Source: the human T2T-CHM13v2.0 reference genome, Homo sapiens
DNA length: 64,000 bases
Strand: one strand, 5' to 3'
Assembly: GCF_009914755.1 (NCBI RefSeq)
Contig: NC_060925.1
Positions within the stretch are counted from its first letter, which is position 1. The number at the start of each line of letters is the position of its first letter. The notes beneath the pieces were generated by a model, which worked only from the letters and a program-made list of their open reading frames with translations, was not told the DNA's origin and made no database searches. Position numbers and translations under genes: made by a program. Of this stretch, positions 27,280 through 42,672 are shown piece by piece.

Positions 27280-27358
27280 TCCAACAATAACATTGCCTTT
27301 CATATAACAAATACCAAATAAATATTTGTTGAGTGAATGAATGAATGAATGAATGAAA
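27280..27358 (+). mobile_element. L2 3' end with (TGAA)n tail
   Basis: AATAAATATTTGTTGAGTGAATGAATGAATGAATGAATGAA. Confidence 0.75.
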
Positions 27359-27714
27359 TCTGGATTACAACAAATTGAAATTTGTAGGCCTACTGCAAAA
27401 TTGTTTTGTCTTACCGGCCCAGAATCCATTCAAATGACTCCAGTTATATAACAACTATCTTGGTGTGTTGCCTACTCTCCATTGTGTCCTCCTGAAACAT
27501 ACTGTCTTCCTGAAACCAAGGGATAAGCATGAGGACTAAGCTGGTTATCAGAAATACTCCCAAGACTTTAAATCTGGAGTACCTGGGAGAGCTGGAATTC
27601 ATTTTTTTTAGTCGAGATACCCTAACAAGATAGTTAAGTAATCCTTGTTGACTAGACCCTTGAAAGTACCCTGGTTCTTGTGTAATTTTTAACCTTTTTC
27701 TGTTTATTGTTTGT

Positions 27715-28009
27715 TTCTTTTTTAGAGACAGGTCTCACTGTATTGCTCAGACTGGAGTGCAATGGCATAATCACAGTTCAGGGTAACCTCAAACCCCTAG
27801 GCTCAAGCGATCCTCCCACCTCAGCTTCCCCAGTATCTAAGACTATAGGCACATGCCACCGTGTCTAGCTAATTGTTTTTTAATGTTTTTACAGAGATGG
27901 GATCTTGCTATGTTGACCAGGATGTTCTCAAACTCCCAGCCTCAAGGGATCCTCCCATCTCAGCCTCTCATAATGCAGAGATTACAAGTGTGAGCCACAG
28001 CTCCTGGCC
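27715..28009 (-). mobile_element. AluJ
   Basis: Diverged reverse-complement dimer. Confidence 0.88.
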
Positions 28010-28199
28010 TGAACCTCTTTCTTTCGCTTACCTGTGGGTTCAGTTAGTGCCCCAATATCAACATAAGGGTCTTTTTTGCTTACATTATCCAGAACTGATT
28101 TCTATCACTTAAAACCGAAGAATGAAAAATTTCAGTTTCCTTTTAAGATATTTGATACAAAGTTAGTGTGATAAGGATTATCACACTAATCCTAAAAAC

Positions 28200-29875
<1,676 letters not shown>

Positions 29876-30005
29876 AAGAGCCTTCTACATTTTTGAGGAA
29901 ATTATATTGCTAAACAAACTGTGAGCTCTAACTAAAACAGCATTTAACCATTTGAGATTTAAAACAAACTGTAAGGCCCCAAATTTGCACCAGAAAGAAA
30001 TGGGC

Positions 30006-30640
30006 ATTGCTATTTTCAATAGTGCTGCAATGAACACTCACATGCATGTGTCTGTATGGTAGAATGATTCATATACCTTTGGGTATATACCCAGTAATGG
30101 GGTTGCTGAGTTGAATGGTAGTTCTGTTTCTAGCTATTTAAGAAATCACCACACTGCTTTCTACAAGGGTTGAGTTAATATACACTCCCACCAACAGTGT
30201 ATAAGTGTTCCCTTTTCTCCGCAACTTGAATGTCCAACAATGACAGACTGGGTAAAGAAAATGTACATATACGCCATGGAATACTATGCAGCCATGAAAA
30301 AGAGTGAGATCATGTCTTTTACAAGAACATGGATGGAGCCAGAGGCCATTATTCTTAGCAAACTAACATAGGAACAGAAAACCAAATACCATATGTTCTC
30401 ATAAAGTGGAAGCTAAATGACAAAAACTCATGGACAAAGAGGAAAAAACAGACACCGGGGCCTACTTGAGGGTGGAGGGTGGGAGGAGGGAGAGGATCAG
30501 AAAAAATAACTGCTGAGTAGTAGGCTTAGTACCTGGGTGATGAAATAATCCGTACAACAAACCTCTGTGACATAAGTTTACCTATATGACAAACCTGCAC
30601 ATGTACCCCTGAACCTAAAATAAAAATTAAAAAAGGAAAG
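30006..30640 (+). mobile_element. Short L1PA15/16-like insertion with 5' inversion
   Basis: 30007-30227 is antisense L1; 30228-30635 is sense L1 3' end with AATAAA and an A-rich tail. Confidence 0.88.
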
Positions 30641-30679
30641 AAAAGACTGAGCTGTGAACACTGGGCAGGGCCTTTCCAG

Positions 30680-31105
30680 AAGGATTTGCTAATGGGTTAG
30701 ATATGGGATATGAAAAGAGAGGAGTTAAGCTACTAATTCATCCTAATTGGAAGTATCCAATTTTATTAACTGAACTGTAGAAGCCTACTGGAGAAGGTTG
30801 TTGGGAGTGGGAGAAATAAACAGTTCCATTTTAGACATGTTAAGCTTAAGTTGTTTATTGGACATCCAAGTAGAGCTGTCAAGTATAAAGTTGAATGTAT
30901 GAGTCTGGAATTTCAGAGAGATATCTGGGCTGGAGAAATAAAATTGGGAATTAAAAACTTACAGATGGATTTGAAGCCATGAATCTAGCTGAGGGCACTA
31001 TAAGAGTGGATGTATATAGAAACAGAAAAGGTTCAAAGACTAAGCCTCAGGGAATTCCAAACTTAAGAGGTTGGGAAGAAGAAGAGAACAAAACAAAGGA
31101 GACCC
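30680..31105 (-). mobile_element. L2 fragment
   Basis: AGTTCCATTTTAGACATGTTAAG...GACATCCAAGTAGAG...GAGTCTGGAATTTCAGAGAGATATCTGGGCTGGAGA. Confidence 0.75.
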
Positions 31106-31642
31106 ATCTGCTATCCCTAGACTAGACACACCTGATTATAGAGTGGTCATATAGTCCTGACAGACTGGCAGCTGTCAATGAGTCTTATTTGATGGGTCAT
31201 CTTAAAAACCTGGAAATATAGACTTTTAAAAATAATGAGCAATCATAATATTGTTTTATTTGTGCCAGGTTTTTGAGCTAATTTTTTTTTGCCAAACTGA
31301 AAATTTAATATGAGAATTATGTCATTTTCTGTTAGTAGAGTATTTTTAAATGTATATAGTGGTTAGTTTTTAAAATAATTTGCCTTGAGCCAAACATACC
31401 ATTATATAAATCTATGAATGTAACAAGTGAGATAAAAAGAGTATAAATAACAAGTTTTGCAGTATTTACAATTGTATAGGAACTACTGCCAAATGGTTCT
31501 AAAGAAAATAAATTTGCAGTTATAATGAAACTATAAATTCTGCATACTGGTGAGGACTTTAATGTTTTTCAAAGTTTTGTATATTTTCAATACAAATTAT
31601 GACTGCATCTTTTCATAATTTGTGAAGTATGAGGTGCCTTCA

Positions 31643-32179
31643 TGTAATAATCATGTTTTCTAACTTTTGTATTTGATGTTTTGACATCTGGGGCCTTGCT
31701 GACCCTAGAAAGGCAGCCTCTCCCAGGGATAGCTAATTCCTAGATGGCATGCAGCTCACCTGCCTGCACATCTCTCATGTAAGAACCAGGCAATCCTCAC
31801 CTACCCCCTGTAACAGTATCTTATGCCCAGTACCACTATTCACCTACCCTAGTCAACCCAGATTCAAGTAACAGACAACTAAGTACAGCGCTATGCCCCA
31901 GAGACTGTGGAAATAATTTAAACTAGCCAATCCTAAACTTACTAACCAACCATGGTACTTCCCCATATAGCCCTGTGTGGTGAGACAGCCATTCCTCCTA
32001 TGTCTAGGGACCTGTGAGTGTAAACTTCTTCCTTCATGACCATCATTTCTGTGTCTTTGTGTCTTACCATACCTGATTAAAATAAATCCTGAGTACCTGA
32101 TTTCTGTGTCTTTGTGTCTTACCATTGATTAAAATAAATCCTGGGTACCTGATTAAAATACTGTGAATGTCACCTCACA
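31643..32179 (+). mobile_element. LTR (MER77/MER21-group-like), family tentative
   Basis: TG...CA termini, GACATCTGGGGCCTTGCTGACCCT motif, AATAAA near the 3' end. Confidence 0.65.
32045..32151. repeat. 55/52-bp tandem duplication inside the LTR, duplicating its poly(A) signal
   Basis: ATTTCTGTGTCTTTGTGTCTTACCAT...ATTAAAATAAATCCTG(A/G)GTACCTG twice. Confidence 0.92.
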
Positions 32180-32427
32180 GTAGGAGGTTTTACTAGAACA
32201 ATACCAAATTTTTTAAATGTCCAGCTCAGAAACGGCAAAAATCCCTCAATTCAAGTTTTTCTTACTGTCTGTCTGGCTTCTTACTTTAATGAACAAATGA
32301 TACAGTCGTCTCTGATTTGCTGTAGGGAGCACTAATTAGGAGAATAAAGCCTTCCATTTTCACCATGTACCAAAGGCCTAAAGATTTAAGGTTTAAGGAC
32401 ACAAATGTTTTTCCCTTTTTTTCTGAA

Positions 32428-32719
32428 CTTTTTTTTTTTTTAGACAGAGTCTCGCTCTGTTGCCCAGGCTGGAGTGCAGTGGGCGATCTCGGCTCACTGA
32501 AGCCTCCGCCTCCCAGATTCAAGCGATTCTCCTGCCTCAGCCTCCCGAGTATCTGGGACTGCAGGCGCATGCCACCACACCCTGCTCATTTTTGTATTTT
32601 TAGTAGAGACAGGGTTTCACCATGTTGGCCAGGATGGTCTTGATCTCCTGACCTCGTGATCCACCCACCTCAGCCTCCCAAAGTGCTGGGATTACAGGCA
32701 TGAGCCACTGCACCTGACC
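32428..32719 (-). mobile_element. AluS
   Basis: Reverse-complement dimer with poly-T. Confidence 0.92.
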
Positions 32720-33054
32720 TCTGAATAATTTTTTAATTCATCTTGGAGATGATTCAGATCTTGCTCTAGTTCTACTGTATTTTCTAGTATTTCTTTTCTG
32801 ACAATTCTAAGAAGCCATTTTATTTTTACCCCTCCTATATAAACATATATATTTATATATATATATATCTCAAATTAATGCAAATTGAGACATTATTGAA
32901 TTGCTCCTCTGACATCATTTTACTGAAGTCATTAATGGGGAGATTAATGATATCTTTCTTCAGAGAATGGAATAAAGAGAGCTTTTGCCCTTAGCTCATC
33001 TCTTGTGAGATGAGATTACAGGCAGCTTAAATTTTTGGCTTTTATAAATGGTTT

Positions 33055-33368
<314 letters not shown>

Positions 33369-33868
33369 TAATAAGTGGGGTTTTTTTGTGTGTGGTGACA
33401 GGACGTACAGGCAATTCTTTCTTTCATGTGTTTGCCTTCTGGCATCACTCGCAAGAGCACTTAGCCCCAAGGTTGTTAGAAAAGATACTCCAAATCCCCC
33501 CAAAGGACATAGGACCAGTCTGGTATAGCCTTCCAGGGCTCTGTCCATATCTTTTCCATTTCAAAGTCACTAAAGCCATGCAGTACCTTTCCATAGCTGG
33601 GGATGTCCCTGAGTGTTTTTGGGATGCCATTCTGTGAGGAGTCAGAATTAAGAAACTGTGCTGTTTTTCAGGGTGGTTTTGGTTGAGAGCTTTATAAAGT
33701 GATAGCTCATAATTAACATTAATCAATATTAATAATAATATCAATGTTCATATCATTTAGAAGTTTAGAAAGAGATTAACTGAAGTTAGCCAAGGAGTGT
33801 GTGCTATTATTTATACTGGGCTCTCCTATGAAAGCAGAATAAAATTTATCACATTCATTTTTATTTTA

Positions 33869-33947
33869 TTAAGTTGGTGCAAAAGTAAGTGCAATTTTTG
33901 CATTACTTTTAATGACAAAAACCGAGATTACTTTTGCACGAACCTAA
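33869..33947. mobile_element. MADE1 (Hsmar1-derived MITE)
   Basis: 79-bp palindrome TTAAGTTGGTGCAAAAGTAA...TTACTTTTGCACGAACCTAA with TA TSDs. Confidence 0.93.
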
Positions 33948-35069
33948 TATTTTACTATTATTTTTATAATAAATTCAAATATATTAATACTTAAAATTTT
34001 AAATTGTATGCATTTAATGAATTACATTAAAATAAAATGTATTATTTTAAGAATTTTCTGCCACATGGTTGAGGTTTTCTATGGGGAGGATGCTATCTAA
34101 TGACTCTTTGGAGCATTAAGAAAATGTATATTACAATTACCTACTTCTTTTTCCAATGAAGAGATTGATTTTGTAGAAATGATAATTGTCATCAGTTTCT
34201 AACCAGTTCAGATTCGGGACTTGGAACAGTGGTGGTCTCAACAAGTTTGTCATTTTGGATATTAAGACAGTAATTATGGAATGGATCATAGCTCCTCCCT
34301 CTGCTGTATGAGTATTATTATCATATGATATCATGTTATGCTCTATGAACCAATACTGAAAGACAGAAATTTCAGGTGGCTGAACCAGATTAAGAGTAAG
34401 CAAGAATAGGTTGTTGAGGAGGCACAAACATCATGAATGAACAATGGAAGCATGGCTGCAGACACTCCAGTCTTACAAACTGGGATATCTGCCTATAGAG
34501 GTGTAGAATCAGCTGGGAGAATAGTCTGAGCTTGTTGACTTGGGGGATTAAATCCTTCTTTTCATCTAATTGTTGCTTGGCCCTCAAGGAGTTGTTTTTG
34601 TGATTCCTTTTTAAGTTTGTCCTCTTTTGCCAGCTTATGTTTCTATCACTGTCTGAAATTAAACATATCATATTAGTGTAAAGGTTATATCTTGCCTACA
34701 GAGTCTGTCAATCAAGTCCACATTCCGCTGGAATGGTAACTGGGTTGCCATGGGCCCAAGTGCATTACACTGGACCCTTGAACATGTGCTGCAGCACCCC
34801 AGGAGAGGTCACACTCCTTCCACTTTCTCCTTCCTTTCCTGTTTCCCTTCTCCACCTCCCACCTGGTGGAGGGGGCAGGGTGGCACAGAAGCAAGAGCCT
34901 AGGAAAGTTTTATGAAGCCCACACAGATAAACTACAGATTGCTTGCTAGTTTGCAAATTTAAAATTTTCTGCTGCAAATCAGGACTTCACCACCAATTGC
35001 AGCATTCCGAAAGTGCTGGGATTACAGGATCATTGCCTGACTAGGTCCAGAGACACATAACACCACTTA

Positions 35070-35260
35070 GTAATAGCAATAATAATGATAGTTGGTATTA
35101 TTATTGCTCTAGGCACAGCACTATCTCATTCAGTTCTCCTAACAACCTTATGAGGTAAGTACTATTATCTTCCCCATTTTACAGATTTAAAAAACTGGTT
35201 GAGAGGGATGACCCAAAATGACACAGTGTGTGGCAGGGCTCAGATTCAAACCAAGGTCCA
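35070..35260 (-). mobile_element. MIR
   Basis: AACAACCTTATGAGGTAAGTACTATTATCTTCCCCATTTTACAGAT. Confidence 0.8.
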
Positions 35261-36629
35261 CGTAGCCTCTATACCCTACTTCTGCACAAGGAAAATGGTC
35301 CTGTATTTCCTAAAAGTCATCCACAAAATTTACCTCCCCCTCTTTATGCCTACACTCTAGCTTATACCAACTATCCTAATTGTACACTGCCAGAGCCTTC
35401 TGTACTTCTCTCTCAAAACACCCATCACACATTTGATATTTGCCTCCCCTCAGCTCTGAGGGGGACAGGACCATGTCTGCCTTGCTCCCCATTCTATCTC
35501 TCAGGCCTAGTGGTTAGTAGTCAGTTAATAGAAGTTTTAAAAATATTTCAAAATTCTCATAATTTCAGAATTTCCACTTTAACATACAGGAAAACATTTG
35601 ATGCTTACACCTTCTGTAATGAATTCTGTATTTTAAAAGGTACATTCTTCATGACTTGAATATGAGAAAACAAGAAATTGGACTCCCTATGCATAAAATC
35701 CTTCTTATAACACGTACATTTGTAGAGTCACAGAATATGACCATTAGGAACCTATCCAGTTCAATTCTCTCATTTTACAGGCTGGGACTCAAAGAATTAT
35801 GTAACTAAAACAAAGTCACATAGTTAAGCATAACAGAGCTGAAATCAAAAGCCTGACTTCTAGATTAGTGAACTTCTGAAGTCCACCTGTCATTTAATTA
35901 GTTGACAGCTTTCTATTTCTAGAAATATAAATTCAATGTTTTTGTGATTGTGGGCAGTAGAGGTTCAGGAAAATTAATATAGTGTGTACATTTAGAGAAC
36001 TTGGAAGACTAAAAAAATACCAGAATAATATTGGCTGAGTCATTAGGTGCATATAATATATTCAACATCAAAGGATAGTGTAGAAAGGACCAGGTGCTTG
36101 GTGGGAGTGTTAGGAATAAATCAACAAAGGAAACATGGCTTTCTTTGTAAATAGACAATTTCTTTTTCTGCCAATTGTTTTGTATTTACCTTCCCTGTTT
36201 CTTTAGCAGTGTGACCATCCTTTCACTATGTTATATACTTTGAAGTCTTTCATACACAACCAGGACACATGATGTGGGAACAGACTCCCTGGTTTGTCCG
36301 GCAACTAAATAGGAGCCTCATTGGTACTTTTACCAACACAAACACTCCACTGCCTGTGTTCCAAGGGCAGAGAAAGCCACAACACTCACAGAGAGTGTGC
36401 ATTTTAAAAAATGTATTTGAGAATCCCCCACTTTTAATCACAATGCATTCCCTCAAAAAGCGAAAAATGTCTGAATGTATGAAACTCAAGACATGTATGT
36501 TATAGAATTGTAATGGTTTCTGTATCCAGATAATTCAAACTTAATTATAATCACACTTTAAAATCTACCTTTAAGGATATGTTTTATCATTTTTATATGT
36601 TTTAAAATTTTGTTATTTACTCTTGCAGT

Positions 36630-37158
36630 TACTAAAGTGTACCCCAGGCTAACAGACAAAATGGGCTCCCTGTGGCTAATTTGCTAAAAGTTAAAATAGA
36701 ATCAGGTGGCCATGGCTGGGTCAAGGAGTGGTCACAAAATCTATGTTCTGGGAAACACGTTGTAAAAGTGTCAGAGGACCTGTTTATCTATGGTCGAGCC
36801 AAACCAGTTCTTGTCACTGCCAAGATAAATTGCCACAGGACCTCTCCTGCCCCCAGCAGTTGAAAGAAACATTTGACAGAGACTCCTGGTTTGGGGCTTG
36901 GAAACCATTCAATCAGGGCTTGGCTATTTCGATCAATCAGAATTGAACAAGTTTGAATCCTTCATTTGTGTAAGTGAACCTGATTGACAACCCAGGCAAG
37001 AATTTTCCTATTTAAGCCAGACCCTCCCTTTGTTCCTCAGAAAGTACACTCTAACTTGTACAGGAGGCTGTGCCTCCCCAATCCGAAGATTTTTTTTAAT
37101 ATATAGGAAATAAAGCTGTCCTTTTTTCCTCTGTAGATCTCATAGTCTTTTGTTAACA
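36630..37158 (+). mobile_element. ERV1-class solo LTR (family not assigned)
   Basis: Ends ...TGTTAACA, AATAAA at ~37109, 4-bp TSD CAGT at 36626-36629 and 37159-37162. Confidence 0.75.
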
Positions 37159-37285
37159 CAGTTGATTGGCATTGTACCAGGCATTTTATTTCATGTATTA
37201 GGCTGATCTGCTATGATGAAGAGACTCAAAAATTCAGTGCTTAAAAAAAAAAGAAATTTGTGCTCTCTCATGTAACTGTCTGGAG

Positions 37286-37720
37286 TGTAAACCAAAAAGC
37301 ATCTGAGACAGGCCTCAATCAATTTAAAAGTTTATTTTGTCAAGGTTAAGGATGTGCCTGGGAGATAGGTCTGTGCCTTTCTCCAAAGATGATTTTGAGG
37401 GATTCAATATTTAATGAGGAAAGGTTGGCTGGAGGGGAAAGTGGAAGGGTGTGGAAATCCACATATTGCAAGAGAGCAGGAGCAGGTAGGGGAGTAGTCA
37501 ATCATGTATTCATGCGGTGCTCAGTAAACTGGCACTTTACATAAGACGAACATACAAGGTGAACATAAGGTAGCTACCTGTGGAGATATTTAACCTCTTA
37601 TCTGTAGCTATCTGATTAGGAACAAAAAGAAAGGCAGCTCCTTGCTTGACTCAGCTTTTAGCTTAACTTTTTCCTTTTGACATAGTGAATTAGATTCCCC
37701 AGTTTTATTTTCCTTTCACA
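37286..37720 (-). mobile_element. MER4-family ERV1 LTR (3' LTR)
   Basis: Reverse complement begins TGTGAAAGGAAAATAAAAC and is preceded by a polypurine tract (plus strand TTTCTTCCCCCTTTTC). Confidence 0.85.
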
Positions 37721-39830
37721 TTTCTTCCCCCTTTTCTTTTAAAAATCTTTTGGAGAAAAAATTTTAGAAGAAAATGAGTCTCTGGTCTTGGGTTTTGTCT
37801 GATCTCTTGTGGCTAGGACAGTTTATTTCCAGACAGATAAGTCTCACATTGTTAGTAAAGCTCATTTTTAGCAGATTGTGAAGTCTCACATCCCACAAAG
37901 AAAAAAACAGGAAAGGAAAACAGAAAGAAAACAAACAACAACAACAAAAAGTCCCAGAAAACAGATATAGGCCATATTACTCTAAAGTCCATACATCTGT
38001 AGGTAGATATGAAAGTGGCTTACATATATGAATAGGTTACTGTTCTTTTCTTCTGAAGTTTAAGTTGTCTAGCTTCTGTGTTTCAAATCAGGAAAAATGG
38101 GGGGAAAGAAAAAGAAAGAAAGAAAGAAAGAAAAAATTGAAAACATTATTTTGGAGACTAGTGGCCAGGAAAAATTTAAGGATTTGGTCCAAATTGTACA
38201 AAATAATAAAAATTAAAAAAGATTGGACAAGGTTAGAATCTAATAACAGGTTGTATTAGTCCATTTTCATGCTGCTGATAAAGAGATACCCGAGGCTGGG
38301 AAGAAAAAGAGGTTTAATTGAATTTACAGTTCCGCATGGCTGGGGAGGCCTCAGAATCATGGTGGGAGGAGAAAGGCACTTCTTACATGGTGGCGGCAAG
38401 AAAAAATGATGAACATGCAAAAGCGGAAACCCCTGATAAAACCATCAGATCTGGTGAGACTTGTTCACTACCATGAGAACAGTACGGGGGAAACTGCCCC
38501 CATGATTCAAATTACCTCCCACCGGGTCCCTCCCATAACTTGTGGGAATTATGGGAGTACAGTTCAACATGAGATTTGGGTGGGGACACAGAGTCAAACC
38601 ATATCACAGGTGTACTATGGTTTATTTTGAAACATACATTTTCTCTCTCCAATTCCCCAATTTTATTAATGACAAAATCATAGTAGGACCAATTTATTTG
38701 TAAAATAAATTTTAGTCCTATTATACTTGGCTTGATTATTTGCATAAAATGCAGCAAGAACCATCATTTGCCACATAGTCTCTCTCTCTCTCTCTCTCTC
38801 TCCCTTTTCAAATTGGCTTTGCTGGAAACTTTTTCATAAGAAACTTTATATGAGACCTTTTTAAAAGCCTCAAGCCCAACCAAGGATTTATCTGTGTCTG
38901 CAGATACTTATGAATTGGGTGAATTCCCTTCTTTTTGAGCTCCCAAGAAAACTTGGAGTTCCTAGGCCTGTCAGAATATGACATTGTTTACTTAATGTGG
39001 ATCAGGACCCTGTAAAGGACAAGGTATGGGGCCAGTTTTTCTAAAGTGTTTTTTATCAGCTCTACAGGTCAGCCTCATTTTTTCAAGACAGTCTGAAAAT
39101 GTCACTCCAGTCAAAGTGTGGCAAAATAACCAGTGTCTCCAATTTTGCCCTATTGTATATATATAAAAAGATTCCTATTGATTTTATGCAAAGAAGTATA
39201 TTGTCATAAATTGCAAATACTCACAAAACAGTTTCCAAATTTGGGAGGAATTAAACTGAGGGAAAAAATTATATTTCAAATTTTTCTCATAAGAGTAGAC
39301 TACTCAATCGTTAAAAGCTGTAAATAGCTTTAAAAAGAGAAAGTTTTCTTGACTATGGAAAACAAAACAAAAACAATCAGCAAATGTTTTCAACCAAAAA
39401 ATTATAGAATATTATTTCAGTCTTCTGTTAGTTCAGTTCATGAAATTATCTCCTGTTTTGTTCAGTGTTGGATCAACAATCCTCACAAATACATCAGCTC
39501 TCCATGAGAGTCCTGGAAGTTTTTGTCTCTATTCCAATGACACAATCTCTAAAATTATTGGAAACCTGTATTTAAGAGTCCTCAGAATTCTGTAGCTGAT
39601 TATAAACCACCCTATAAAAGGACCAAAGTAAAATAACAATTGTGGATAAAAAACGTTTTACAACAGCCATGGCTAAAGACACAATTTACAAGGAAATTTG
39701 TTTACATCTGTGGCATACAGCAACATTACATAATAATTATAATTACTACTAATATTATCTTAAGACATATCAGAATCACAGGACTCTCACACAATTTTGG
39801 AACACATATTAGTCATACATTTATATAAAT
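37721..39830 (-). mobile_element. MER4-group internal sequence (non-coding, 5'-truncated), interrupted by THE1
   Basis: Contiguous with the LTR PPT; AT-rich MER4-int-like sequence; continuity across the THE1 TSD. Confidence 0.7.
38252..38606 (-). mobile_element. THE1 (B-like) solo LTR
   Basis: TGTATTAGTCC...CAAACCATATCA; TSD CAGGT at 38247-38251 and 38607-38611. Confidence 0.93.
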
Positions 39831-40589
39831 GTATATCTCTCATTTTATGTATCCAGTATGCATGGAAACTTATTTTCCAGTTTGACTTTTCCCTTTTGAT
39901 TTTTATACAGCTCAATGCATCTTAATAGTCTGGCAATACTTCAGTTGGCCATCAATCCATAATAATAATAGCTAATAACAAAAATAATAGCTACCACTTA
40001 TTCACTGCTTATAGTTATGTGGGCAATTACTATTAGGGTGTTGTTAATGGAATTTCTTAAGCATTCTGTGATTCCGAACTAAAGTATCACATCAGAGCTT
40101 ATAGTCATAGCCAATCCAAAATTTTACTACCAACTTTCTATGCAATTTTCTTGTCTATTAACAAAACCACTGTTGATGTTTAACCCCAAAATGTGTCATC
40201 ATTCCTTCTGAGTGGATGTGCAAAATCTAGACTAATTCTGAGTACTTGGGCTACTGAACCTGGAGTTGGATGAAGGCTCAAACTCAAAGATATCTAGTAA
40301 GGAAATAAAGACAGAATAAGAGCTACCCAATGTTGCAAACCAGAACTGGCACTGTGACAAGATGAAATAAAAGGTTTTTAACTTTCTTATAGAAGCATTT
40401 TTCAGAATATCCATTTTGAAGAAACACTATAGCCATCCATGCTCTCTTCCTCATAAGGCCTATCCATCCCAGAAATACAACATTAACAAATCACAGTGGA
40501 TGGCATACTGGCCTATCTTTAATATATCCCCAAGTCTTGTAAGTACCTTAGAGGGTCTCTAAAATTTGTCCCTGATGACAGTGTGTAAC

Positions 40590-40730
40590 TTCCCTACCAG
40601 TCCTATGTTGGGAGTATTATTATCAGCTCAATTTTGCAGATGTGGAAATAGAGGCTCAACAAGAAAAAATAACTTGTCCAAGGGCACAAATCTAGGAAGT
40701 AGCAACCAGGGCTTAAACTTAAGGCTACAT
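40590..40730 (-). mobile_element. MIR
   Basis: ATTTTGCAGATGTGGAAATAGAGGCTCA...AACTTGTCCAAGGGCACA. Confidence 0.7.
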
Positions 40731-40837
40731 CTCTAAAACACTGAACTATACTTGCCCAGCTGCATGAAGCTCAAAATTTGGTAATCATCAGAGTACTCGT
40801 CATTCAGCCTTCTCTCCCAGTCAGGCACCAAGTCCTC

Positions 40838-41085
40838 TTTTTTTTTTTTTTGAGGTGAAGTCTCTCTATCCCCCAGGCTGGAGTGCAGTGGCCATGATCT
40901 TGGCTCGCTGCAACCTCCACCTCCCGAATTCAAGCGATTCTCCTGCCTCAGCCTCCTGAGTAGCTGGGATTACAGGTGCGTGCCACCATGCCTAGCTAAT
41001 TTTTTGTATTTTTAGTGGAGTTGGGGTTTCACCATATTGGTCAGACTGGTCTTGAACTCCTGACTTCGTGATCCGCCTGCTTCGG
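40838..41085 (-). mobile_element. AluS, 5'-truncated
   Basis: Poly-T, then reverse-complement Alu ending at CCGCCTGCTTCGG. Confidence 0.9.
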
Positions 41086-41899
41086 AGGATATCTTTTTAT
41101 CTCTATATCCTTTTTATCTCTATAATAGTTTTCCATTTGTTCTCACTTCTGTATTACTATTGCTCATAAGTTAGTTCAAGAGCTTTTCATTTTTTTCCAA
41201 GATTACTCTAATTCTAATAATTACCTAATCTTGCCTTAGATTTGGTCCCACTTCTATTCCATCCTCTATATTATTGTCCAAGTGGTTTTGTTCTAATAAC
41301 ACAAATCTGATCTTACCTCCTTGATGCTTAAAGCCTTCACTGGCGCTCCATGGCCTCTAAATTGATTTTAGACTCTTTGTTTGATATAACAGACCCTTGA
41401 AAATTTGCTCTTGCTTAGCTCTTAGTCTCATCAATCTCACCACCAGCTCCTCTACCCAATGTACAGCCCCCATTTGGAAGAGGGTCACATCTCCCATCAC
41501 CAAGCAGCTCTGGTCATGGACTTCCAAAGAATTCTCTATCTCTGTGATTAATTATCCAAAAATTTACTTTTAAAGTACAAAGTCTTTCTCAACTACATTT
41601 AGGTAGCTGTGAATATTTGTGTTTCTGTAAGTTTTTTCAAAGGCAATGATGAAATATATGGAGATGCCTTTTTTCTGTAACTCTCCAAATATACCCTGCT
41701 ATGAGTGACTGGGAGTTCTATTTTCTCTTTCTGCGTGAAGTGGGTAGTGGTTTTTTAGATTGCCCTGACTTTTGGTAGGACGAAGCATTTCCAAAATAAG
41801 CGCTATACAAAAAGTTTTTTCTTGCTCCTTAGAAGTCATTTATTTCACCGTGTGGAATTGTCAAATGTCAAACCATGACTGTGTGACTTGATATAATAC

Positions 41900-42265
41900 A
41901 TTAAACGTAATCAAAATAGTTGCTGTCCCTCCCTTTTAGGGCCATCCTTTGTGCCCTATTGATGGCAGGCTTAGCTACATGACTTGCTGTGACCAGAAAT
42001 AGAGTAGAAGGGATGATGCCAACTTTCAGCAGAAGTTTTATGAGCCCTCATATGATCTTAACAATTTCACAGTTGCAGCAATGGCTACGTACAGGCTTCC
42101 TTTTCACCCTGACTACAAGAGAATGAGATATGGTCCAGAATTTTACTCAATTTGAAACTAACATGGAATGAGAGTAGGAAAGAAACCTTTGCTTCTTTCT
42201 TGTTAGGCCACAAAGATTTTGGAATTGTTTGTAACTCCAGTATATCTAGCAAAAACAGACTGATG
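41900..42265 (+). mobile_element. Old MLT1 (J-like) LTR
   Basis: CATGACTTGCTGTGACCA...AGAAACCTTTG...TTGTTTGTAAC...GACTGAT. Confidence 0.55.
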
Positions 42266-42672
42266 GAATTGGGGCTTCGATATTTCCCTGCTCCATATTC
42301 CACTATGTAGATTATTTATTCACACATTCTCATCTGTAATCATTTAAGCATCTTTGGTTGGCTTTCAAATGCACTATAATGAAGTCTTAGCACATATCTT
42401 CAAAATTCAAAGGGGGAACATTGACTCTCCGAAGTCTCAGGTTTGAAGGGGATCGTAATGGCATTTGCCCAGTTCCCTATATAGCACTTGCATATTCTAC
42501 ATGATTTCCATGACGAACTTCTGCTTAAACAGCTCTGGTAGTGAGAAACTCACTCCCTTCCCAGGAAAAGTCATATCATTTGAGGCAGCTTGACTTGTTA
42601 GAAAACTCATCCTTACATTTAGCCCAGAGGCAAGCAGACAAAGGGAGGGGGGAGAGAAGCATATGGCCATTG

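Noticed and set aside
35228-35659. 143-aa ORF
   Set aside because: GTG start, begins in a MIR, no recognisable motif or promoter.
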